Notes under the pieces: model-generated
Databases searched by the model: none
What the model was told of the DNA's origin: nothing
What the model saw: the letters and a program-made list of their open reading frames with translations, nothing else
Source of the DNA: Octopus sinensis
Taxonomy: Eukaryota
Direction: 5' to 3'
Assembly (NCBI RefSeq): GCF_006345805.1
Contig: NC_043004.1
Span: 11,718,001 to 11,782,000 of the forward strand
DNA length: 64,000 bases
Translations under genes and position numbers: made by a program
In this document: piece by piece, positions 12,947 through 25,689 of the stretch
Numbering within the stretch: position 1 is the stretch's first letter
How the letters are laid out: each line of letters begins with the position of its first letter

Positions 12947-13580
12947 CTAGCAGTATCACCCGGCGTTGCTCGGGTTTGTAAGGGAAATAACTATATAAGC
13001 ATTTTTAGAGAGTTATAGCCAAAAAATAGCAAAAAATGCATTAAAATGGAAAAAAAACGATGGTAAATTTTTTTTTAAATCGTTGACTCATCGTAGACAT
13101 TTTTAGAGAGTTACTTCCCTTATATAATAGGAAAAAAATGCATTAAAATGGAAAAAAAACGATGGTAAATTTTTTTTTAAATCGTAGACTCATGTAGACG
13201 CTTTCTTAGCCATTTCTGTTTTGGTGTCTTCAGCCATGAAGTCGTTGTTCTAAAGAACGCTGGTCTCCTTGACAACGCATTACGACGTTGATTTCCTTAC
13301 ACTCCCTTCCCCACAGGTGCAGGTGTGAGCGTGGACGCCAACTCCGCCGCCATCGACACACGAAAAATTATGCATTAAAATGGAATAAAAAATGATGTTA
13401 AATTATTTTTAAAATCGTAGACTCATCGTAGACGCGCGCTAATATGCAGACTGGCTCGATATGAATCACGACTATAAGCTACCCGAATTTGGTTAAACTG
13501 CACCGCAAAATGTGGGAGTAGTTAGGAATCTAAATCGAAGGGGACAGACACTCACACAACTACAGTTTTATATATATAGA
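12947..13580 (-). mobile_element. Non-autonomous Helitron
   Basis: Minus strand reads A|TCTATATATATAAAAC...CCCGAGCAACGCCGGG-TGATACTG-CTAG|T: 5' TC, subterminal 16-nt hairpin, 3' CTAG, insertion between A and T; internal about 60-nt block repeated three times. Confidence 0.85.
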
Positions 13581-13589
13581 TATACATAG

Positions 13590-13965
13590 CGCAGTAGTGG
13601 TGAGATGTGACAGCAAAGAAATGCATACATTCACTCTCTGCATGCAATTAGACTCGTGAGGAACCCATTGACCCAATTTGCTGACTTTTCCGATAGCACA
13701 CAGGTCTCAATGAATGGTTGAATGACCAAATCCAAGCTTCTCTGCTAGTTCCTCAACAGTTACGATGAGATTTTGTTCCACCAGGGTTTTCAGAATGTCC
13801 TTGTCGAGTTCTACAGATCTTTCAGGATGAGGCTCGTCTTCTAGGCTGTAGTTTATGGCTCGGGATTTCTGGAACCACCATTGACACTGCCTTACGCTTA
13901 TTGTCCAATCCCCATATACTGCATTAATATTTCTTGTACTTTGCACACATTTATATTCTGTTATT
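13590..13965 (-). pseudogene. Mariner (Tc1/mariner) transposase N-terminal HTH remnant
   Basis: ORF track 13707-14135: TRNINAVYGDWTISVRQCQWWFQK...SLEDEPHPERS...LVEQN...TVEELAEKLGFGHSTIH, continuing past a stop as HLCAIGKVSKLGQWVPH (WVPHEL-like motif). Confidence 0.85.
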
Positions 13966-14006
13966 CTTTTATATGTTTCAGCCTTGAGGTTGTGGCCATG
14001 CTGGAT

Positions 14007-14037
<31 letters not shown>

Positions 14038-14183
14038 CTATTTGTTTGTCTGTCTGTATGTATATATGTATATGTATGTGTGTGAACAATAATATTTTCA
14101 ACAGATGTGTTGCAAATGTATCTGACTGTTCTCAAGCTTCAATACTGTGTGTGTGTATATGTGTGTGTGTGTATGTATGTATG

Positions 14184-14215
<32 letters not shown>

Positions 14216-14285
14216 TGTATGTATGTATGTATATGTATGTATGTATGTGTGTATGTATGTGTGTGTGTATGTATGTGTGTGTGTA

Positions 14286-14316
<31 letters not shown>

Positions 14317-14846
14317 ATGTATGTATGTATGTATGAGTGTATGTTTACTTTATTACTAACACAAGCCACTACGGTTATTTAATGTAAAGTCTTCCTCAAA
14401 TCACTCTCTCTCTCGCTATTTACTCTCTTCCAAGAACATTTTCACTCACTCTTAGCTCTTAGCTTCCCATACATTTTACTCATGTATCTATCAGCGTGAT
14501 AGACAGAATACTTTCAGTTTAGTATTCCTCAAATCACTCTGTCGCTATTTACTTTCATTTTATTCGTTGCACACTGTGTGTGTGCGTTTGCGTGTGGTGT
14601 AAACCAGACTAAGAAAAGCATTTGACACACACACCAGAATGTGAGTTTTCTGTAAATTTTGCTTAATTGGAGTTTAAATTTTAAAAACTGGACCTGGCAT
14701 GACGCGATGCATTGTACTCTTAAAAATGCTAGGTAAATTGTAATTGAAGAAATCCTATATTGTAGATTTGTATAACTCCCAAAGGGAGGCAGATAAATTC
14801 TGCCTTTTATAATAAGAGATACATACATACATACATACATACATAC

Positions 14847-15188
14847 AAGTTCAGGTTTATACCTGTAATTATTGGGGCCCTGGGATATGAAACACATTGC
14901 TTAAATACCAATCTTGAGAAATTAGGCTTCTCAAAATCAGAAAGAAGACAGCTAATTCGAAGACTAGAGATCCAATCCATCACTGGAACTGTAAAAGTCT
15001 GTAAAACTTTCCATGTGTAGATATGTAGTTATATGTATGAGAATACATACATTAAACATACAAAGCTGCACATACATACGTACATACATATATACATACA
15101 TACATACCTACATACATCCGTACATGCATAAATACATACATACATACATACATACATACATACATACATACATACATACATACATACA

Positions 15189-15222
<34 letters not shown>

Positions 15223-15338
15223 CATACATACATACATACAAAAATACTCTGTTGAAATTCTAATGAAGTAGCCTTGGATCTAGGTTGGAAACCAGTTTTT
15301 TCTCTATTGGCAAGTAATCTTGAAATATATTGAATAAT
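14847..15338 (+). mobile_element. R4/Dong-like LINE 3' end (last codons plus probable 3' UTR containing (ATAC)n)
   Basis: Translation KFRFIPVIIGALGYETHCLNTNLEKLGFSKSERRQLIRRLEIQSITGTVKVCKTF parallels the C-terminus at 4340-4570; UTR extent is inferred, ending in AATAAT. Confidence 0.65.
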
Positions 15339-16812
15339 GACATGGATACATTGTAGAGATGAGTGGAATATGTCCATAAGTTCCTCTTTGATTTTGTGTT
15401 TAGGTCCTGAGATATGTTTAACTCTCATAATTAGAATCCTTTCACATACTCTAGATATCGTCAAACATGTTAACTCTTGGATGTTTCCTTTATTTTTTTG
15501 AAGATGTGGTAAAGCTTGTCTCAGGTGTTCCGTGCTTGTCTCTTGCATAAGACGCAGTCTTTCCTACTATAAACAACAGAGAATCCCAGACACTTGCTCG
15601 TCGACCAGATTTAAAACGAAAGACACTTTTCTTTCCAAACACTCTGAACTACAAAGCTTTTGTTTTTAAATGAATTTTTAAATGATTTTACTCGCAAAAC
15701 ACTATTCTCTTATTATCTCGTGTAACAGATTTCTTTTAGCTTTCGTGCCGTCATTAAATCAAATTAGCTAGCATATTCTATCCCTGATGATCGTTAAGTA
15801 GTCAGTATTCTCTGCATTGAGAAAACAACCAACATAATATGCAGTATTCTCAAATTACATTAACATGTCTAACACAGCATAATCGCAAAACATTCATGCA
15901 CTCACATACGACCAATGCGATGTCTGAACGAGTCTGCGTCTGTTTATGTTTTCTTTCTGTAAGTTCCTCTGTTGTCCCTCGGAAATAGTTTTTCCATTAT
16001 ACAACACACAGAAAGTTAAAAGTTATAGCATAACCTCTCCAGAACTGGAGGAAGGAATACATAACAGACAGTTAGTTTTGTTAGAAAAATATAATTGTCT
16101 GTGCTGTAGACGGGAGAGGGTTGGTCATAATTATGTCATAATTAAATGGAAGCTCCTTGAACAACTAGGGGCGTATATAAACGGGAGCAAACGGTATAAG
16201 CGTTTCTTAGCTGAGAGGGCAACTATCCTAACAAAAAACGCGCTCGACCTACAGACCGATTTAGACTCTAAGAAAGAAGTATTCAATCAATGCCCGTTTT
16301 CTAATTCAAACTTGAAATATCCAATTCGAATATCACCATGTCTGGAGCCAATGTGAATGTGATGACCCACTCCCGCTAACCAAGTCCCGCCCACAGCACG
16401 GATAATAATTTTTTTGCTTACAAAACCAACTGACCGTTATGCATTTCTTCATTCAGTTCTAGAGAGGTTGTGTGCCTTCGGCCAGTTGAGTCTATCGCCA
16501 AAAGCTTTGTAGGTGTGAAACCAATGGTCATAACTTTTAACTTCTTAAAAAATACATTGATGCTCTAATGCCTTAGTGTATGCTTCTTTTTCGAATATAT
16601 GAACTACTAATGATATTATGTGTATATGTGTGTGTGTGCGTGCATGAGTGTGTGTATCAATTTACACACAGATATAAATACACACGTGTAACTGTATATA
16701 AACATATCTTTGAATACATAGAAACGTACATATATTACTCGCCTAAATATGAAGATATTTGCGTGAATTTTTCTGTGTAGATGTATATTAGTATGCGACT
16801 ATATATAAATAA

Positions 16813-16889
<77 letters not shown>

Positions 16890-17267
16890 ATATATATACG
16901 TACACATACTCACAATCGCTCACACACACAACTAGGCATACATTTGTATGAAATTGATCGTAATTAGATATTGAAAGACGCAGTTATATGCATATATATG
17001 CACATAAATAATGTACGTATATGTATATATATATATATATATATATGCATGAATGTATATGTATACCCGTGTGTCTGCGTATTTCTGTGTATGTATGTGC
17101 TCGTCTATATGAATACGTATGAATGTATATTTCTAAATAGAACTACTATTTAATTGCATATACGAGTATATGAATGCCTCCGTATGTATGCGCGTTTACA
17201 CACCCAAACACCCACACGTAGACACACACACACGCACGCACACGCACCCAGCTCTCTCTCACTTATA

Positions 17268-17301
<34 letters not shown>

Positions 17302-18125
17302 CATAATCATATAATGTAATTATAATTTTTTGCTTTTATAATTTTGATTTTCACGTAACTAACAGATGATCTATCAATAAGTAATTAAATTATTTGTAAA
17401 GTATTTAATTTTAATTAATTTATCTTTCAATGATAAAAGTACTAAGGTAAAATATTGTCATATATATATATTTCATTGTGATATCTACAAATTAAATCTA
17501 AACGTATGCGTGAGGTTACAGAGTTCATGTTGAGCTTCATAAACTGATTAAGCGTGTTACCAGTATGTCTCCGGATTATTTTATTTGAAGTTAAAATTTT
17601 TGTTCAGTTAACTTTCGTTTGAGGTACTTTTTTTCTGTAGCTTTTTCTTTGTTTTTTTTTTTTGCTATTTTTATTTTGCAAACGTTTAAGAATATCCTCT
17701 CTGCTTTATATACAAAAGTTATCTTATTTGAGGGTGGTGATCAAAATTCGTAGATATACAGCTATAATTTGTAAGTAATGGAAGTACAGTTGTTGGCAGC
17801 TTCTAACTACAACTGGTGAACAATATTGTCTTGCTCAGAATATCATCAAATCTTCTGTTCTCTTTTTACGCTTTTAATTGTTGAAGTTATTGTACTTCGA
17901 TCAAGCTGAGACACGGCCTTGAAAAGGCTTGATCGATCTAACACTTGCTCTTAATCTGTTTTTTTTTTTTTTTTATCGAACCGCTAAAACTAGTGGAAAT
18001 GAAATAAAAGATAACACGCATTGTCGATGTGAGACACAAACGCAAACACGAACACGCACGTGCTCCCATTTAAACACACGCGTACGCATATATACATAAT
18101 ATACACACATGCACACACGTATATT

Positions 18126-18267
18126 GGCGCTGGCATCGCTGTGTGGTAACACGGTTGCTTACTAACCAAATCATTCCTGGTTCAGTTCCACTTCATTGCA
18201 CATTTTCTATAGTCTTCGGACTGATCAACGTCTTATGAGAAAATTTGATAGGCGAAAACTGAAAGAA
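18126..18267 (+). mobile_element. SINE family A head fragment
   Basis: GCTGTGTGGTAA...GGTTCAGTTCCAC A/B-box-like head and GAAAACTGAAAGAAATTCGTCGTA. Confidence 0.6.
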
Positions 18268-18454
18268 ATTCGTCGTATTAATCTGTCTGTGTGCTTGTGC
18301 GTGCATATGTGTATGTGTGCGTGTGTGCGTGTTTGTTTGTACGTATACGTGCGTGTGTGTGCGTGCATGTGCATGTGCGTGTGCGTGCGTGTGCATGTGT
18401 ATATACGTTTGCATGAATATATATATATATATACTCTCTCTCTCTCTCTTTTAC

Positions 18455-18700
18455 TCTTTTAATTTGTTTCAGTAATTTGACTGCGGCCATGCTGAAGCAC
18501 CGCCTTTAGTCGAGCAAATCGACCCCAGAGCTTATTCTTTTTAAACCTAATACTTATTCTATCGGTCACTTTTGCCGAACCGCTAAGTTAAGGGGACGTA
18601 AACACACCAGCATCGGTTGTCAAGCGATGTTGGGAGGACAAACACAGAAACACAAATACATATACGCATACATACATACATACATACATACATACATACA

Positions 18701-18731
<31 letters not shown>

Positions 18732-18912
18732 GTGTGTGTGTATATATATATATATGACCGGTTTCTTTTAGTTTCCGTCTACCAAATCCACTGACAAGCC
18801 TATGGTCGGCCCGAGGCTATAGTAGAAGGCACTTACCCAAAGTGCCGCGCAGTCGAACTGAACCCAGAACCATGTGGTTGGGAAGCAAACTTCTTACCAC
18901 ACAGCCACGCCG
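18455..18912 (-). mobile_element. SINE family A, full-length, internal (TATG)n
   Basis: Head GGCGTGGCTGTGTGGTAAG...GGTTCAGTTCG, CORE-like ACTTTGGGTAAGTG, tail GGCGGTGCTTCAGCATGGCCGCAGTCAAATTACTGAAAC. Confidence 0.9.
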
Positions 18913-19524
18913 ATACAGGGGTACGAATTTTTTTCAGTTTTGTACTTTTAATTTGATCATTTATATTTTAAATGTTTTTTTCAATCTTTTTTATGTAAAA
19001 TTACTTTGAAAAATAGAAATACCAGATCGAATAACTGCTTTCTAACAAAATAAAACAATAGAAAGTACCTAAAATTTAGCCCAGAGATATTTGAAAACGG
19101 TGACTAGATATTTATTTTTGTCTCGCATCTAAGATCTCCCTTGCGAAAATGATTATATCCAAGGTAAAACAACAGATATCGATAGCCATTAATTAATTAA
19201 TTATATTAAACATAGAAAGGAATAGCCACTGAATTGATTGCCAAGTTGTAATCAGAGTCAATAGCAAGATAGAAAATTTATAGCTGAAGGGCAGTCTTAG
19301 GTTATCGCTGACCGACAAAAACAAGACGCCATTTATTGTAGCTGTGACCATTTTGTCTTTATATCAGTTGTATCATTGTGTATCTACGACTATATTAAAG
19401 AATGTCTCTTTTCAAGGTGGAGTAAAAGATTCTTCTATGTTGACTCGACATAGAGCAGAGTGGAAGCTGTTTCTTTGGCATGACCCTTGCTATGATAGCA
19501 GAAGCAAAATCTTTAGAACATATA

Positions 19525-19575
<51 letters not shown>

Positions 19576-19695
19576 ATACACATGCAATGCATATATATAC
19601 ATCCATAATGCATATATATATATATATAAGTAAACTTATGTGTGTGTGTATATTATTCATATATTTATATACACTTATACGTAGAAGTGTGTGTC

Positions 19696-19786
<91 letters not shown>

Positions 19787-20569
19787 CTGTATGTATGTAT
19801 GTATGTATGTTTCTGTGTGGCTGTACATGAACATGTATATGTTTGTGTGTGTGTGTGTGTGTATAAGTATACTTGTATGCATTTAATAACACATAACTGC
19901 GTTGAAGTTCACAAATATGTATATAAGCAATGTTTTAAACTCTATATTCTTTGAAGCAGCAGGAAATTGATTGATCAAAAGGAATGAATTTCCGTAATAG
20001 ACAATAGAACAACATTAAAAATCTATGGCAGCGCTAGCTATTAACAAAAGAAATCGAACGTTTCTGAACATTTTATAGATTCCTGGCGATAAATCACCAA
20101 ACTGTTGAATGTAGAATATGATGATAGATGAGGTGAAATGTTGAGAAACTTTCAAATATTTTCATACTTATAGCATAAATTTATAATGTTTCGTTGAAAT
20201 AATCATAGAGAATTTTTTAACGGAGAATATTAATTAGATGTAGAATTTGTAAAATATTTTGATAAAGCTTAAAGTAGCTGAAGTATATTATTAATTTGGA
20301 ACTTAGGTAGAGGATGAGAACGGTTTTCCTTAATTTTTTTTTTCCTATTTTATTTGTAGGTATTCTTTGAGAGGATCCATTCGATGTAATAGCAGTAGTG
20401 TATGACTTCGGCGAATTTTGAATTCATTCAATCCGTTAAGGGACGTAACTAAATACCGAACATCAATCAATACCACTATTACTATTAACACTACTATGAC
20501 AGCAGCTGGTGCTGCTGCTGCTGCTGATGATGATGATGATGCAAATAATAGTAATAATGATCCTCTCTA

Positions 20570-21178
20570 CAAAAGGCACAAGGCCTTAAATTTCGGGGGC
20601 GGGGGAGGTCGACCACATCTACCCCGGTACTTGACTGGCACTCAATTTATCGACCCCGAAAAGATGAAAGACAAAGTCGAAATCGGCGGTGTTTGAACTC
20701 AGAAAGTAGAGATAGACGAAATACCTATTACTTTACTACACACGAGGGGCTAAACATAGAGTGGACAAACAAGGACAGACAAACGGATTAAGTCGATTAC
20801 AACGAACCCAATGCGTAACTGGTACTTAATTTATCGACCCCGAAAGGATGAAAGGCAAAGTCGACCTCGGCGGAATTTGAACTCTGAACGTAACGGCAGA
20901 CGAAATACCGCTGAGCATTTCGCCCGGCGTGCTAAGGTTTCTTATTTCTTTACTGCCCCAAAAGGGCGTTACACACAGAGGGGACAAACAAGGACAGACA
21001 AACGGATTAAGTCGATTATATAGAACCCAGTGCGTAACTGGTACTTATTTAATCGACCCCGAAAGGATGAAAGACAAAGTCGACCTCGGCGGAATTTGAA
21101 CTCAGAACGTAACGGCAGACGAAATACCGCTAAGCATTTCGCCCGGCGTGCTTAACGTTTCTGCCAGCTCGCCACCTT
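20570..21178 (-). mobile_element. SINE family B, three tandem modules
   Basis: Head GGCGAGCTGGCAGAAACG...GAGTTCAAATTCC followed by three copies of the B-box plus central motif. Confidence 0.9.
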
Positions 21179-21717
21179 ATTTGAAAGAATTTTAGCTCTC
21201 ACTTCTTGCAATTCGAATGGTTCCATAAACTACTACCAATAGTTGATAAGTATCATATTTCCCACGAAACCAATCTGATATTTACTTATGTGCAAGTATG
21301 TTATCGGTCATATTCACTAAACCAGTGAGTCACTAAAACATACGCCATGTCTAGCAACATTTACATTATTACCTGAACGATGGATAAGAATAATTTGAAC
21401 AATATTTTTCACCTCCATATCATACAACCTACAGTTTCTGAGATCGTTTTCTTTCTTTTTCTTTTTTTTTCTTTCTAAATAGCTGTGAAACATAATTTTC
21501 TGACAGCCAGTTAAAAAATACGTTGATTTTTTTTTTTTTTTGTCTTTGTCTCCTTTCTATTAATACTTTCGTGACTTATTTACCGTACCAACTTCTCTTT
21601 TACCAGAGCAAGCAAAATCTAATACAAAATATATGAGGTTTGAGAATAGGAAACTAAAAACAATAGAAACAATAACAAAAATAAAAACAACAAAAGTGAG
21701 TAATAATAAAAATAATG

Positions 21718-21775
<58 letters not shown>

Positions 21776-21821
21776 CAACAATAAAAACAACAATAATAAT
21801 AAAGATAATAATTATTAAATC

Positions 21822-21879
<58 letters not shown>

Positions 21880-22033
21880 GACATTATCATCATTATTACT
21901 ATTATCACAATTATTATTTTTTTTCAAAAGAGAAAGTCTTCCTCGTGTGAATATTTCTGTATGTCAATGTAATAACTGGCATGGGCGTGAAACTTTTGCC
22001 AAAGTAATAATTATAATAAACTGCTAGACATTT

Positions 22034-22173
22034 TTGACATCATCATCACCGTCATCATCATCGTCATCATCATCATCATCATCATCATCATCGTCATCAT
22101 ATCATCATCGTCGTTATCATCATCATCATATCATCATCGTCGTTATCATCATCATCATCATCATCATCGTCAT

Positions 22174-22219
<46 letters not shown>

Positions 22220-22261
22220 CATCATCACCATCATCATCGTCATCATATCATCATCGTCGTT

Positions 22262-22297
<36 letters not shown>

Positions 22298-22440
22298 TTC
22301 ATCATCATCATCATCATCACCATCATCATCGTCATCATATCATCATCGTCGTTATCATCATCATCATCATCATCATCGTCATCATCATCATCGTCATCAT
22401 ATCATCATCGTCGTTATCATCATCATCATCATCATTATCG
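22034..22440. repeat. (CAT)n array with repeated interrupted blocks
   Basis: Direct inspection; the block CGTCATCATATCATCATCGTCGTTATC recurs. Confidence 0.9.
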
Positions 22441-23212
22441 GCATGACTTTAAAATGTACAGTCCTGTTCGTTTTTTAATGCGCATTATGTTATGAATATC
22501 GAATTTTTGTAGTCCAGTTTTTAATGGAAGGCCTTCTTCAGACTGTTTGCGCGGTTTATCTGTCGCTGAAGAAAAGTTTGTCTTCGGACATCTTAAAAAA
22601 TTTTTTTTATATTTTCCAAAAATAGCAAGTTATTTTATTTGCAGGCATCGCAAGGTGGTTAAGTCAGACATGGCAAGATGTTCTCACCTCGATGACAGTA
22701 GCAGTAGCATCCATAACGTAAACATACACACTGCCAAACAGTTTTCATACACAAACTAAAAGCAGACGACCGGAAAATGTATCAAGCTTATAAACTGAAT
22801 GCCAAGCTTAAATATTTATATCTGCAGTAGTAATGAGGAAATTTTCAAACAAAAGAAGAAAAGAATCGTATTGAAAACATAAATTTGGGTAGGGAAATAA
22901 AATAAACAGTAACGGCGGTACTAAGAGCAATAATATATTGTCATTTGCAAAAGTTGCGAGTTCAAAGAAGGGATTCAACTTAAGGTAGCTTTGTAAACAT
23001 GTAATAAAAGTTTATGGCCGTGTTAAGTTAGAAAAGGAAGATAGTATCACTTTCCCGAAACTCAAACAATAAAACGAATTAATGGGTCACATGCACAAAT
23101 ATACCAACCTCACAGGCATTTACATTTCATTAAATAATAGCATTCTACAATATATAAAACATCATTCAAGGATCATAACATGCGTCATATAAAGTATATA
23201 TCACAATAGGAA

Positions 23213-23504
23213 GGCCAGCTCGCCGCCTTATTTCTACCAGAATGCCGCCTTATTCTGCTGGCTCACTGCCTTATTTCAGCCAGCTCGGTGTCTTATTCCT
23301 GCCAGCTCACCGCCTTATTTCTGCAAGATTGTCGCCTTATTCTGCTAGCTCACCACCTTATTTCAACCAGCTAGGTGCCTTATTTCTGCCAGCTCACCAC
23401 CTTATTTCTGCCAGCTCGGTGCCTTATTTCTGCCAGCTCACAGCCTTATTTCTGCCACCTCGCCGCCTTATTTCTGCCAGCTCTCCACCTTATAGTCAGC
23501 TCGC
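23213..23504. repeat. 21-22-bp minisatellite, 13 units, derived from the SINE B 5' end
   Basis: Unit GCCAGCTCGCCGCCTTATTTCT matches CTGCCAGCTCGCCACCTTATTT at the family B head (about 21162-21182). Confidence 0.9.
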
Positions 23505-24356
23505 TTCATTAAAAGGAAACATAGTTAAAACATAAAAGAAGCACTTAAGAACAGGTATGGCAACCATCGTGCTTGTAGTGAATTTGCCCCCAACCAATTA
23601 TTTTTTCAACACAATGCACGAAAGCAATGTAGTCAGAGATAAAGCACGTGCTCAAAAACACAAAGGGACGAAGGCCTTTTACTGGGTCTAAGTGGTGGTA
23701 GCACAACAGGGGAATAAAAACTACAATTTGATTTTTTAGAAGATACCAATGAGCATATCTTCAAACAGATATGTGTGGAATTTTAGTACTATTTCGCTCG
23801 ATTGGTTTGACGAACGGCGTACACAAACCGAGGATGAATCTCAGTCTGCCGCAAATCTCGACGAGAGGGGCACTGTGTAGGGAAGAGCCGATGTATACAC
23901 TAAAATACGGGAGCAAAATACCCAACCAGTTGTAGTATACAAGGGGTAGTTTGGATAGTCTGTCTTATGGGCCATACTTTTACATGGCAAGTTTGTTTGG
24001 CACATATGTGTAAGGAATATATACAATATGAGCCATAAAATTAGACTAGTTTGTCAGAAAAAAAACGACTGCAGTGGGAATGTGAGCTATCGCTTTTTAT
24101 GCATGTAAACCGGAAATAAAAACACCCAGCCAGATGAGATTTTCAAACATTACACGTGACAAAAATATAATTCTGTTTCCTCCCTACGAGTTAAAAATTA
24201 GAAAATATGGCGAAATAAATAAACAGTGAGAAAATGTACTCAGAAAGAGTCAAGGTCAATATAAATAAATAGAAAAAACACGTGCACAAATAGGCAGCTA
24301 TTTATATATTCATAGATATCAAGATGCTTATACATATACATACATACATAGATACA

Positions 24357-24415
<59 letters not shown>

Positions 24416-25689
24416 TATGCAGAGGTTACATAACTTGTCATGTACATTATATATATCAAGTATTTCATATATATATACATGCCTACATAAATTTATATTC
24501 ATATATATGTATGTTTTATACATATATATATACATATATATATACATAAATATATACATGTATATATATATATATATATATACATATATATATACATATA
24601 TACATATATATATGCATATACATATATATGTGTATATATATATATACATACATATATATACATATATATATACATACATACACACACACACACAGCCACA
24701 TTCACATATGAGAGAAAGCAGACAAACGAAAGATATAAGAAGTGTTTAGGATCCATGTAGAAACCGGGTTAGTCGGATAACCATATGGATATTGCATATA
24801 TGCATATGTGTATATATATATATATACATAGATACATACATACATACATACATAGATACATACATACATACATACATACATACATACATACATTACATAC
24901 ATACATACATATACACAAAAAATTATAGGAACAAGTCCTTATCTATCTCTTTATAAATATTTTATAAACATACAGATGCATATCGAAAACTATTTACTCA
25001 TATACGTGTCTGCGTTCGAGTTTGTGTGTTTTAGTATTAACATACTTCCTGTAATATATGAGCGGTAAACGGAAAGCACTCCACCTCAAGATGTTTGTGA
25101 CTTACAGTACCATCAACTGTAAAAATACATGTGTTAATACTTATTATTAATACTCTATTATTAATCCATATTCACCAGTTATATTTGCTTATCAAGATAC
25201 AGAATGCATTTTTTTCTTCTTATTAGTATTTCGCTATTTCCTTGACATTTTGGGTGGGAGGAAAAAGTATAGAAGAGAACGACATTTTCAGCCTTTTATA
25301 AAGCGGCCGTTTAAGCACTAAGAATGCTCATGAAAATGATGTAGATATGAGGGACCGTTGACTTTTTAAAAAATATATTGTACTTCATAAGTATATATAT
25401 ATATTTATATATATATATATATATATGTGTGTGTATAAATATACATTATGTATGTATTGTATATATCTTTGTGTGTGTGCGTGTGATTGAAAAAATAGTA
25501 GAGGTGGCATTTTGGGATAATCTAATTTTAATAATAGTGCATACTTATATATATATATATATATATGATTGATTGATTGATTGATTCTAGTTTCAGCTTA
25601 TGAGCTGTGGCCATGCTGGGGCACCGCCATTTGGTGTTGCTACTTGGTTTCACTTCATGGAGGCTTTCTAGCAACTGCTATTTGGTGCA

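Noticed and set aside
15108-15548. 146-aa minus-strand ORF
   Set aside because: Partly microsatellite and partly antisense to the probable R4/Dong-like 3' UTR; no domain.
15946-16356. 136-aa plus-strand ORF
   Set aside because: No recognisable motif; more likely a decayed repeat.
21344-21372. Micro-exon candidates on the minus strand (21344-21372; about 25107-25117; about 50757-50782) and 52225-52261 on the plus strand
   Set aside because: Good-looking splice words, but phases do not chain into a recognisable protein; expected by chance at this length.
23213-23504. CRISPR-like appearance of the short-unit array
   Set aside because: Units are contiguous with no unique spacers, there are no cas genes, the context is eukaryotic, and the unit matches a SINE head.
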